Below are positions 18,638 through 28,216 of a stretch of 64,000 bases of DNA, one piece after another. A program made the position numbers and the translations under genes. Location: the IMG/VR virus record IMGVR_UViG_3300026549_000029, positions 1-64,000 of that record; one strand, 5' to 3'. Each line of letters begins with the position of its first letter. Within the stretch, counting starts at the first letter, position 1. Source of the stretch: a virus (Duplodnaviria > Caudoviricetes). The notes under the pieces were generated by a model. The model was not told the DNA's origin, did not search any database, and saw only the letters and a program-made list of their open reading frames with translations.

Positions 18638-20872
18638 ATGAATAATGTTAATGATCTTAATAGAACTGATATTACTAAAGCACCTCCTACTCAAACAGTA
18701 AGCCTTAATGCTGTTAGGAGACCTCAGCCTACTAGTAATATCAATATTGATACTACTAATGGTCTTACAGGAGTAGAATCAAATCAATCTAATGAAACTA
18801 CAGGAGGAATTAGAATAGATCCTAACCTTCGAAAAAGACCTAGAAGAACTGTTGAAAGACCTTCCGATGTCAAACAAGTCAATCCTAATGATTTCATTAG
18901 GAAGGAGGTCAGGAAAGAGGCAGATTTTAGAACTACTATTCAGGAAAATGCAATGTCACAGTTAGATGCTACTGTTAGAAGAAAGCAGCAAGAATTTCGT
19001 GACTTTGTTAAATATGCCGAAGAAGCTGATAAGACTAATAGAGAAAAGATAGATAATGGTCTTGAAAAAATTGAAGGTGAAGTTGATTACATGCCTACCG
19101 AAGTTTCTCAAAAAGAAAAAGAAGAAGAAATTAATAAATCTAAAGAGAAAGAAGAATTCTCTTACAGTGAGCCTGTAGTATATGAAGATGATGATGTAGA
19201 AAAAGATCTTGAAGCAGAACTTAATTCAGATCAAACTGGTCATTCTGATAATATTAAAACTACAGTTACAGTATCAGCTAATCCTTTTGGATTTGAAGAA
19301 GATACTTTTTCTAATCCTTATGCTAAAGAATTTGAACAGGCAAAAGAACCTACTCCTGCATCTACTATAAATGACAATGATGGTCTCTTTAATGATGGAG
19401 AATATGAAGATGATTTCAGTGAAGATGAAATCTTTAATGATGAAAAAGAAGAATCTGAGTCTATAGCAGAAGAAGAGGCATTTACTCCTATTGATTCTAA
19501 AGAAACTCCTTTTGGAGAAGAAGAAAAAGCAGTTGAAGTAGAGTCCATAAAAGAGAAAGAACCTACTAAGAGTGCCAATATTATTGATAAGACTGATGAA
19601 GAGATTAGAAATACTTTAATGGATAGAGCAATTTCTGTATCTTCTAGTATTGAATATGATACTGAGACTACTAAGAATACTATATCTAATTCATCTTCTT
19701 CTGACTTTGAAATTGATGAAGAAGATTTTGATGATGTAAATAGTACAGAAGATTCTGCTCAAACTGAAGAAGATGCTGTAGCATTATCTAGTGAGGAGAT
19801 TGAAAAGATCAGAGTTGCTGGAGAGAAGAATCTTAAAAATGAAATTCTTAAGAAGATCATCAATACTGGTAAGAAGTTAGATGCTACTCAGTTTACTATT
19901 TCTACTAAGATTATTCCTATTAAAGATGCTATTAGAAATAGAACTACAGAAGTAGTTAAAAGAACTGCTAAATGGCCTATGATGTATTCTGAAAGACCAT
20001 TTATTGCATCTGCTCTTAAGGGTCCTGAGATTGCTCTCTTATTTGATTATGATGACTCTTCTAATGAAAATAGTATAGGTATTACTCAGCAGCAGCTCAA
20101 GATTATGTATGAGCATGATGCTAATGAATTTAAGCCTGCTACTATAGAGAACTGGGCTAAGACTATTCCATTCCTTGATATTGAATCTATTTTTGCTGCT
20201 CTTTATTTGGCTTCTATGAAGGGTTCTAATTATCTTCCTATGGCTTGTAGAGAGCAGAAATGTCAGCATCAGTATCTTACTGATAATATTGATATTGATA
20301 AGATTGTCAAATATCCTAATGATACTATTAAAGCTAAATTTAATGAGATCATGGCTATGAATCTTACTTCAGATAATACGGCTAAGTATGAATCTGTAGT
20401 AAATGTTATTAATGAAGATTTTGCTATTGGTCTTAAGATTCCTTCTATCTTTACAATGGTCTATGAACTTAATTCTGTTGATAGACCATTTATGGAAAAG
20501 TATAATACTATTATTTCTATTATTCAATATATTGATTATATCTATAAGATTAATCATGAAACTATGAGTTTTGAGCCAATTGGCTGGAAAGCTTATGTAG
20601 GAAACTATGGTAAGACCTTTAAGTCTAAAATTGCTACTTATGCTAAGATTCTTAAAGATCTTGATAGTAAGGAATTTTCTGTATTAATTGCTCTTATTAA
20701 TTCTATGCTTACGAAAGCAACAGAGACTAGAATGGTAGAGTATGAGATTCCTGCTGGTAAGTGTCCTAAGTGTGGAGCTGAAATTGCTGCTGTCCCGTTA
20801 GCTCCTAGACAGCTGCTTTTTATGCAACAGCGATTGGTGGAGTTAGCGACTACACCTACAGAAAGATCATAA
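18638..20872 (+). CDS. tail/baseplate hub assembly chaperone (T4 gp26-like C-domain) with long acidic N-terminal region
   Basis: C-x4-C and CPKCG Zn ribbons, GLKIPS; followed by a -1 frame extension. Confidence 0.6.
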   Translation: MNNVNDLNRTDITKAPPTQTVSLNAVRRPQPTSNINIDTTNGLTGVESNQSNETTGGIRIDPNLRKRPRRTVERPSDVKQVNPNDFIRKEVRKEADFRTTIQENAMSQLDATVRRKQQEFRDFVKYAEEADKTNREKIDNGLEKIEGEVDYMPTEVSQKEKEEEINKSKEKEEFSYSEPVVYEDDDVEKDLEAELNSDQTGHSDNIKTTVTVSANPFGFEEDTFSNPYAKEFEQAKEPTPASTINDNDGLFNDGEYEDDFSEDEIFNDEKEESESIAEEEAFTPIDSKETPFGEEEKAVEVESIKEKEPTKSANIIDKTDEEIRNTLMDRAISVSSSIEYDTETTKNTISNSSSSDFEIDEEDFDDVNSTEDSAQTEEDAVALSSEEIEKIRVAGEKNLKNEILKKIINTGKKLDATQFTISTKIIPIKDAIRNRTTEVVKRTAKWPMMYSERPFIASALKGPEIALLFDYDDSSNENSIGITQQQLKIMYEHDANEFKPATIENWAKTIPFLDIESIFAALYLASMKGSNYLPMACREQKCQHQYLTDNIDIDKIVKYPNDTIKAKFNEIMAMNLTSDNTAKYESVVNVINEDFAIGLKIPSIFTMVYELNSVDRPFMEKYNTIISIIQYIDYIYKINHETMSFEPIGWKAYVGNYGKTFKSKIATYAKILKDLDSKEFSVLIALINSMLTKATETRMVEYEIPAGKCPKCGAEIAAVPLAPRQLLFMQQRLVELATTPTERS

Positions 20873-21045
20873 TTTCTCAACGCTTTAAAGGTGCAGCTAG
20901 TATGCATGATATTGATTTTTTGCCATTTTATGAAGTTCAGACTCTTTACTATGCTTATTGGAAAGAGAAAGAAGCAGAAAGTAAAATGACTCAAGAACAA
21001 AAAGGTGCTGCTGCATTAGGAAGAGCATTAGAGAATGGTATGTAA
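20821..21045 (+). CDS. -1 frameshift extension of the chaperone (not in ORF track)
   Basis: Frame opens at 20809 just before CTTTTTA and reads YATAIGG...MHDIDFLPFYEVQTLYYAYWKEKE...GM*. Confidence 0.65.
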   Translation, partial: YATAIGGVSDYTYRKIIISQRFKGAASMHDIDFLPFYEVQTLYYAYWKEKEAESKMTQEQKGAAALGRALENGM

Positions 21046-21064
21046 AGGAAGAGGTATACATCTG

Positions 21065-21388
21065 ATGGATAGATTAGAATTCATTGGACAGACATACCGA
21101 GGATTTACTTCATCAATAGATGATATCGTAAACTTCTTTGACCATACTATGGCTGTATATGAGATTGTAGGTGATACAACAGCTGCTAATGTGCATGGTA
21201 TTACTGATAATGCTAGACAAACTCTTAGAATTCAAGCTACATTTAGTAGTGAAGAAGAGTTAAATAATTTGATTAATTTTATCAATAATACCCTCCACAA
21301 TCGTAAAAGCATATATGGTAGAAACTTTCTCGTAAATGCACATACAGAAGGTTGTTATGTTGAATTGTCTGTTCATGAAGAATATTAA
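21065..21388 (+). CDS. hypothetical protein
   Basis: SD GAGG before ATG 21065. Confidence 0.6.
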   Translation: MDRLEFIGQTYRGFTSSIDDIVNFFDHTMAVYEIVGDTTAANVHGITDNARQTLRIQATFSSEEELNNLINFINNTLHNRKSIYGRNFLVNAHTEGCYVELSVHEEY

Positions 21389-21503
21389 AAATGGAATTAA
21401 GAATATATTATAATTATGATATACGTATACCAGAAGAGATTAAATCTCTTCTGGTATTAATTTATTACATTATAAACAAAATGATAAATCAAAAGGAGAG
21501 AAT

Positions 21504-21707
21504 ATGGAGATTAAGAATTCAAAATATATTAAACTTGAAGAAGTAGAGAAGATAATTAAAAAATATAGTTCTCAATTTTCTGGTTCTAAAGACTTGATTT
21601 CTGTTTCAGTAAATGCAATATTGACATGTGTTGAATATGAAGTAGCTAATAATTTACATCCTATTATTGTGCAAGAAGTAAATATGAAAGGATATTATAA
21701 TGAATAA
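21504..21707 (+). CDS. hypothetical protein
   Basis: AAGGAG SD. Confidence 0.55.
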   Translation: MEIKNSKYIKLEEVEKIIKKYSSQFSGSKDLISVSVNAILTCVEYEVANNLHPIIVQEVNMKGYYNE

Positions 21708-22791
21708 TATCAGTACAGAATTAGGAAAGATTTATTCTAAATATAATTCTGAAGAAGATAAATTTGAATTATATAGAGTAGCAAATATAATAAATAAAGA
21801 TGATGATAAAGAATATGTAATATTTCCTATAGATGATAAATCTTATCATTTCTACAGAGATGAATTAGATTGTAAAGTATTAAATCAAGATGAATATAAT
21901 CAATTTAAAATTGATTATGATGCTTTAAAATCAGAAGGGATTGTATCTTTATCTAATATAGTATCTATTAAAAATGATATTAGATCTATTAAAGATATTT
22001 TAGTAATCTATTTTCCAAATAATAAAACAACTAAAGTACCTGATATTAATCAGCCTTATATTGTAGCTAGACAAGGTATAAATAATATCTTTGCTGAAAT
22101 GGCTGGAGAGATAGATACTGTAGGATTGTCTGTTAGCTTAGATACATTACCAACTGGATATGCTTTATCTGATTTTATTGCTAATGAATCTGTAGAAGAT
22201 TCCAGATTATGTCATGTATATAAAACAGATTCTTCATTTGATCTTGATTTATTATTAGGAAATGAAAATACAGAATCTATATTAAAAGAATTATTTGATC
22301 AAAGAGTTTATTTTCTTAGTAATACTAGAATAGATTTTGTAAAAGAAAAATATGAAGGTGAAAATATTTGCGTAGATGGATATTGTAATTCTTTTAGAAA
22401 ATTTTTAATTGAGTCTGGTTTTATGGAAGACTTATTAAATAAAATGGGAATTACAATTGTTGATTTTGAATTAGAAGACAATAAACCTTTAAATGATGAA
22501 GAAAAGTTAATTTTAATTACTTTATATGGTGGAATTAGAATTAATAAAGCTGTACCATTAAGATTCTCCTATGAGATTAATCTTAGTGGAATTAAGATGA
22601 AGTATTTATTAATATCTACTAAAGATAGTACAGATAAAGAAACTGAATTATTTATAGTGCCTTATACAGAATTTTCTAATGAAGTAGATGTATATTCTCT
22701 GTATAAATTAACAGAAGAAAGAACTATACAATTACAGGAAAGATTACTGAACTGTGTAAAAGCTTATGATATTAAAAAGCCTGAATTTTAA
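21700..22791 (+). CDS. hypothetical protein
   Basis: 363 aa ORF with phage-like codon usage. Confidence 0.7.
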   Translation: MNNISTELGKIYSKYNSEEDKFELYRVANIINKDDDKEYVIFPIDDKSYHFYRDELDCKVLNQDEYNQFKIDYDALKSEGIVSLSNIVSIKNDIRSIKDILVIYFPNNKTTKVPDINQPYIVARQGINNIFAEMAGEIDTVGLSVSLDTLPTGYALSDFIANESVEDSRLCHVYKTDSSFDLDLLLGNENTESILKELFDQRVYFLSNTRIDFVKEKYEGENICVDGYCNSFRKFLIESGFMEDLLNKMGITIVDFELEDNKPLNDEEKLILITLYGGIRINKAVPLRFSYEINLSGIKMKYLLISTKDSTDKETELFIVPYTEFSNEVDVYSLYKLTEERTIQLQERLLNCVKAYDIKKPEF

Positions 22792-22910
22792 GGTGCTAAA
22801 ATTAAAATTAAGAATATATTATAATAATGATAAGGGTAAAGAAATTTATCCTTATAATTATACATCTTGCAAGATGCTTGTAAACAAATTTATTTTAAGG
22901 AGGTTTCCAT

Positions 22911-23696
22911 ATGGAACAGAATGTAACAACAAACACAGGAAATGATGAGAAAGTTGTAGAAAGGCTTAAGATTAGCATGGATGCCCATACTGATTTTAAT
23001 GCTGTAGCAGATGTAGTTATTACAAACACTGATGATCTTGGAAGGATTATCAACACAATTTTCGGTGGAGTATTCAAAGATTATTATGGCTGCAAGCTTG
23101 AAGTGATCTATATGCAGAATAACTTCTCCTATATGGTTGTTCCGAGACTGTATTTCAAGATTCTTGATAAGAGTCAGTATTCTGATAATGCTATTACAGC
23201 ATTCATTCCGATGTCTGAGATTTCTTCTAGTAGTGTGCTTACAAGAGTTCAGAGAGTTGCAATGACTTCTGCAACTGTTGGAGTTAAAGTAGACATTACT
23301 GATAATGGTAAGTCTATTCTTGAAGATTTTATTATCAAGAATAAGATTAATGATCAGATTATTAAGCTTGAGGATGGTCCTGAAAAGTGGAATCAGGTTT
23401 ATCGTTCTGTAGTAACAAATAACGGTACTTTCGTTGAAGTATTTAAGCTTGATATCTTTGAGCTTCTTCGTATGATCTATGGAGCTAAGTCTGAAGATGG
23501 TGGAAAGTATTTCTATCAGATTACTCCAAATGGTTCTATTGGAGCTGTTAATCAGTATCAGAAACCTACTAACTGGAATCTGATCATCATGAGGCTTAAT
23601 AATAATAACCTCAATCATGCTGCTAAGCAGCTTGGTATGGCATATATTCCTGATTATGATGGAATGCCCAATATCAATACTGAGAGGCTTGGTTAA
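22911..23696 (+). CDS. hypothetical protein, probably highly expressed early gene
   Basis: Early motif, AAGGAGGT SD, more C/G-ending codons than neighbours, own terminator. Confidence 0.75.
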   Translation: MEQNVTTNTGNDEKVVERLKISMDAHTDFNAVADVVITNTDDLGRIINTIFGGVFKDYYGCKLEVIYMQNNFSYMVVPRLYFKILDKSQYSDNAITAFIPMSEISSSSVLTRVQRVAMTSATVGVKVDITDNGKSILEDFIIKNKINDQIIKLEDGPEKWNQVYRSVVTNNGTFVEVFKLDIFELLRMIYGAKSEDGGKYFYQITPNGSIGAVNQYQKPTNWNLIIMRLNNNNLNHAAKQLGMAYIPDYDGMPNINTERLG

Positions 23697-23828
23697 TAAA
23701 TAAAATTAATCAAGTAAATTTAATAGAGATCAGGAGTGAAATAATCTCCTGATCTCTATTTATTTTTTACAATATAGATAATATAAATATAAAAAATAAT
23801 ATTATCTATATAATAGGAGGAAATAAAA

Positions 23829-24224
23829 ATGGCTTTTAAAAAGAATGGAGAATTTAAATATTCTTTTAGAGGTATTAATAGAATTGTAGAAGAAAGAGGT
23901 AATCAATTTATTCGATTTGCTCAGATTGCTTGGAAAGGTGAAGATGAAGAATGTGAACCTAATGAAATTAAATATGATCTAAGGAAATATACTACAGATT
24001 CAGATGGAAAAGAAAGAATGCTTAAAGGTGTAAGTTTTCTTTCTGAAGAAGGTCCTACTGAATTAACTCATATTCTTCTTGAAGAAGGATTTGGTAAAAC
24101 TGAAAATGTTATTGATATTATTAAAAATAGACAAGATTTCAAAGATGCTGTAGAAGCTTCTTATGGAATTCATACTGATAATATTGATGATGGTACATTT
24201 GATTTAAGGGATATTATAAAATAA
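23829..24224 (+). CDS. PC4/YdbC-like single-stranded DNA-binding protein
   Basis: IAW...KYDLRKY...MLKGVSF pattern, acidic tail. Confidence 0.6.
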   Translation: MAFKKNGEFKYSFRGINRIVEERGNQFIRFAQIAWKGEDEECEPNEIKYDLRKYTTDSDGKERMLKGVSFLSEEGPTELTHILLEEGFGKTENVIDIIKNRQDFKDAVEASYGIHTDNIDDGTFDLRDIIK

Positions 24225-24225
24225 T

Positions 24226-24450
24226 ATGAGAGAAGAATTGATATTAAATTTAAAAGAAGAAATTGATAAATTATTAAATGGAAAAATCAATAAAAATACT
24301 GAATCTGAAATCTTAAAACTTCAGAATGAAATTAAAGAAGTAGAAAAGAAAATGGATAGATTAGAAAATAGAATTATTGAACTTGTAGATGTTCTTATGC
24401 AACTTGATTTTATTAAAATCAAAGAAAATAATGATAATAAAAGTGAGTAA
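24226..24450 (+). CDS. small coiled-coil protein
   Basis: Heptad pattern, operon spacing. Confidence 0.55.
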   Translation: MREELILNLKEEIDKLLNGKINKNTESEILKLQNEIKEVEKKMDRLENRIIELVDVLMQLDFIKIKENNDNKSE

Positions 24451-24455
24451 TTAAT

Positions 24456-24647
24456 ATGCTTGATGATGTAAAAGATTTATTAAAAGAATATAAAAAAGAG
24501 ACTTCTAAATATATTAGAATTTTAGATAAAATGGCTTCTTTAGGATTTATGTCAGATGATGATAGTGAATCATATAAAGAAATTAAAGCAGCATCTGATA
24601 AATTATTAGAAGTAATAGATTTTCATATGGAAGAGAAAAATGGCTGA
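24456..24647 (+). CDS. hypothetical protein
   Basis: Operon spacing, overlaps next start. Confidence 0.5.
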   Translation: MLDDVKDLLKEYKKETSKYIRILDKMASLGFMSDDDSESYKEIKAASDKLLEVIDFHMEEKNG

Positions 24648-25722
24648 ATTCACTATAGAACAAATGATAGCTGGATCATTTGTAAAGTATAATCGACTTT
24701 CTAAAATTATTGAAGAAACTTATTTTGGTTCTCAAGCTACAGAATTAAATTTATTTATAGATTTAAATTCTGTATTAAAACCTTTATATTCTATAGATGC
24801 TTGGTCATACAAATATAAGCATATATATGAAATAGCTGCTACTATAATAAATATGTGTGGTCATTATAGATCATTCTTTAAATATTTAGGAGTATCTACT
24901 AATATATATCTTATATATGGACTAAACTGTCCTGCAATAAATGATACTTTTGTTAAAGGATATAATTCTAAATTTATTAATTCTTATATTAAGAAACCTG
25001 ATATAACTGAATTGATAAATAACAATTTATTTATCTTAAAACTTATTACTCAATATATACCTAAAGTGTATTTCTTTGATATTGGTAATAATGAAGTATC
25101 TGCTATGGTAGATTATATAATAAATTACACTAAAGCAGAACAAAATGGCATAGAAAATTTAGTAATAAGTAAAGATATATTAATGCTTCAATTAGTATCA
25201 GAGCATAATGTAAGAGTATTAAGACCTAATAAAACTAAAGATGATGGTGATCTATCATATATATCTGATAAGAATAATTTAATCAGAAGATTATGTGTAG
25301 AATATAGAAAAGGAAAAAATCCTGAGTATAATATTCATCCTTGTTTTCTTCCAAATATTCTTACATTAGTAAGATTACCAGAGAGATCTATATTTGGTGA
25401 TACTAAAATAAGTATCCCAAAAGCTTTAAAGATAATTGATCAAGCTGTAAAAAATAAATTTCTAAATGAAGGAGAATTATATTCTCAAGCTTCTATGAAT
25501 ACCGTTTTAGAAGCTATGGATATACCTTGTAATAGAAATGAGCTTGATATGAAATTTAAAGCTATCAATACACATTATCAATCTACATTTGTCTTATTAA
25601 TGGAAAAGCCAGAATTTAAGAGGTTAAGATTAATAGACTTAGAAGATAATGTAAGTTTAAAAGAAATAGTATCTAAATATTTTGATAAAATACCAATTGA
25701 TTTAGATAGGTTAAATTTATGA
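24640..25722 (+). CDS. 5'-3' exonuclease / flap endonuclease (T4 RNase H-like PIN fold), divergent
   Basis: LFIDLNS, E-V-S, ISKD-x-LMLQL motifs. Confidence 0.55.
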   Translation: MAEFTIEQMIAGSFVKYNRLSKIIEETYFGSQATELNLFIDLNSVLKPLYSIDAWSYKYKHIYEIAATIINMCGHYRSFFKYLGVSTNIYLIYGLNCPAINDTFVKGYNSKFINSYIKKPDITELINNNLFILKLITQYIPKVYFFDIGNNEVSAMVDYIINYTKAEQNGIENLVISKDILMLQLVSEHNVRVLRPNKTKDDGDLSYISDKNNLIRRLCVEYRKGKNPEYNIHPCFLPNILTLVRLPERSIFGDTKISIPKALKIIDQAVKNKFLNEGELYSQASMNTVLEAMDIPCNRNELDMKFKAINTHYQSTFVLLMEKPEFKRLRLIDLEDNVSLKEIVSKYFDKIPIDLDRLNL

Positions 25723-25908
25723 AAAATAAAAATATAATAAAGGCTAGAGATTAATCTCTAGCCTTTATTTTTTCTATATCAGGATCTTTATGATCCTTGT
25801 TTTTGATCCATTCAAGATCTTTTCTGGAAAGCATATTTGGATTCACAAAAATCTGTGAACCCTCTTTTGTAAAATTACCTATACATAGCTGAACCCTTTT
25901 TCTTTTTT

Positions 25909-26145
25909 TCATTTCCAATTTTCCCTCCAATCTTCTAAAAATACTTCTATGAGCCTGCAAATACTTACATCTTTGCAGACTTTTGGACAGAACCAAAGAA
26001 CTGTAATTATTGGTGCTAATAATAGCATATGGGTATTGTCATGAACTGAATCTGTTACAGTTACCCAAGTACCAAATGCAAGTAAAATAATACCTAAAGA
26101 AATCTGAAAAATCCGATCAACAAGTCTCTTTTCTTTTTTACTCAT
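25909..26145 (-). CDS. small two-TM membrane protein
   Basis: Two hydrophobic segments, GGGGGA SD. Confidence 0.6.
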   Translation of the reverse strand: MSKKEKRLVDRIFQISLGIILLAFGTWVTVTDSVHDNTHMLLLAPIITVLWFCPKVCKDVSICRLIEVFLEDWRENWK

Positions 26146-26451
26146 TTTTTATATCCCCCTGAAAAATTATTATTACATTAACTTCATTTTTATATTTCTT
26201 AATTAAAAATATTAACTTTTAAATTATATACAACACATTTATAATCAGATGAAGATTATCCTCTTAGGTGTGCTAACTACCTTTGTTTTCTCCTTATTCA
26301 TGATTCAAGATCATGTTTCTCTCTTAGGGTTCTTCTTCTGATACTCATGTTGCCGCCTCTGTTAGTACTCCTAGCAGAGGAATGATTATTATATTCAGTA
26401 GGTAGGTTTACTACCTACTGGATTTTATTATAGTAGGAGGAATTTTATTAC

Positions 26452-26937
26452 ATGGAAAAAGTACTTATTAAACCATCTAAAAATGCAGATTCAAGAACAG
26501 CAGATAAAGATAGAAAAATATCTTTTGATGAATTTATGGAAGATACTGCTTCTCATAGAGATGATGTAAAAAGAACTATGGAATCTATTGCTAATGAAAT
26601 TATTCAAAGAGGAAAAGATCATGATTGGACAAAGATTTCTAGAGCTAGAGAATTCTTTACTCAATTTACATTAGCAAAAGAACAAGGAACTAGTTTTAAA
26701 GATTCTGATTGGTATAAATATCACACTACAGAAGAGAGACATCATTTAAATACTAGAATTCCTGATGATATAAATTTAATTGATATTATTGAATATCTTT
26801 GTGATTGTATTTGTGCTGGATATGCAAGAAGTGGAGATGTATATCATATTGATATTACCAATGATGATTTAAGAGAAGCTTATGAAAATACACAAGAGAT
26901 GATTAAGAATAATATAGAACTTATCAAGGAAGAATGA
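26452..26937 (+). CDS. DUF5662-like HD-domain protein
   Basis: H..V...HDWTK...H...RHH...DIIEYLCD. Confidence 0.65.
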   Translation: MEKVLIKPSKNADSRTADKDRKISFDEFMEDTASHRDDVKRTMESIANEIIQRGKDHDWTKISRAREFFTQFTLAKEQGTSFKDSDWYKYHTTEERHHLNTRIPDDINLIDIIEYLCDCICAGYARSGDVYHIDITNDDLREAYENTQEMIKNNIELIKEE

Positions 26938-26938
26938 T

Positions 26939-27127
26939 ATGGAATGGGAAGAATTTGTAGATCAAAGAAGAAATTCATTTTATATTCAAGATAAACTTAG
27001 TATTACAGATATTAAATGTCCTGTATGTAAACAATATATATTCGTAGATAATAGTATGATTTTAGCAAGTAATCCTCCACAAAGAAGATATATATGCAAA
27101 AAGTGTGGTTGGAAAGGAACAGCATAA
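26939..27127 (+). CDS. small Zn-ribbon protein (paralog of 37127..37324)
   Basis: CPVC...ILASNPPQRRYICKKCGW. Confidence 0.7.
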   Translation: MEWEEFVDQRRNSFYIQDKLSITDIKCPVCKQYIFVDNSMILASNPPQRRYICKKCGWKGTA

Positions 27128-27168
27128 AATATACCCAAGAGAGTTATTTAACTCTCTTGGGTTTTATA

Positions 27169-28104
27169 TTATAATATCATTCCAGGATAGTGTAAAGCTC
27201 CATTATCATCAGGAGTTAATACAATAGGTTCTGTAGCCATATCTCCTTCAGGATTTAAGAAATAATATTTACCATCTATATTTTGTAATCCTGTAAGCAT
27301 AGCTCCATCTGCACCAAGATAATACCATTTATCTTTATACATATACCATGTATTAGTTACCATAGTACCAGATTGGTCAAACCAATACCATTTATCATTA
27401 TCTTTATACCAATCATTAGAAACAAATTTATTTGGAGATAAATAAAATCTCCAAGTCCCATCTTTTTCTTGATACCAACCTGTAGAGTGAGCTAATACGC
27501 CATAATCTTTATAAAAGATAGACATATCAACATTACCTCTGATACCATCTACTTTACCTTTTGATGTATATTGCCATCCTACCATATCAATATTAGGTTT
27601 AATAGATTCATCATATATTCCTGTATCTTTACCATACTTAGCAATCCAGAAATCATATTTACCTAATCTATTTAAATCAAATTTATTAGCATTATACCAA
27701 TGAGCTCCAGTATAAATTGCAGGTATATAATTACTTCCTTGCTCAATAGTTTTTAAAAAAGCTTCAGCTATATCTGTTAATTCTTTTTTAGACATAGATT
27801 CTTGCTTTTCCCATTCTAAATCATAAAATATTGGAAGGTCTAATAATTTAATTCCTAATACATTAAGCACTAAAGATCTAGCTTCCATAATAGCTTTTTC
27901 TATTGTATCAGCATAACAGAATTTATATACACCTACTTTAATATTAGCAGCTCTAGCTTCTCTATAATTATATTCAAATTCAGAATCTACAGAAGTTCTT
28001 GTAGCTATTCTTAAAATAGCATAATCTATTCCAGCAGCTTTTACTTTTTTCCAATCTATACTAGATTGATATGAACTTACATCCACAGTTTTTATAAATG
28101 ACAT
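27169..28104 (-). CDS. endolysin: GH25 muramidase with C-terminal cell-wall/choline-binding repeats
   Basis: DVSSYQ, YDLE, WQYTSKG..VD; repeats WYWFDQSG, WYYLGADG. Confidence 0.93.
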   Translation of the reverse strand: MSFIKTVDVSSYQSSIDWKKVKAAGIDYAILRIATRTSVDSEFEYNYREARAANIKVGVYKFCYADTIEKAIMEARSLVLNVLGIKLLDLPIFYDLEWEKQESMSKKELTDIAEAFLKTIEQGSNYIPAIYTGAHWYNANKFDLNRLGKYDFWIAKYGKDTGIYDESIKPNIDMVGWQYTSKGKVDGIRGNVDMSIFYKDYGVLAHSTGWYQEKDGTWRFYLSPNKFVSNDWYKDNDKWYWFDQSGTMVTNTWYMYKDKWYYLGADGAMLTGLQNIDGKYYFLNPEGDMATEPIVLTPDDNGALHYPGMIL

Positions 28105-28216
28105 ATAAATACCTCGCTAAATAATAAACTAGTTGATTAGATACCTATATTATTAGCATGTTTAAAAATAAATTATCTAAAAAACTCCTTTATAATATCC
28201 GAAGGAGGATACTTAA

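Noticed and set aside
22890-23618. 242-aa antisense ORF and other short shadow ORFs (e.g. 1161, 1580, 17280, 19318, 20638, 48663)
   Set aside because: They lie opposite or out of frame to well-supported genes, lack SDs and have implausible composition
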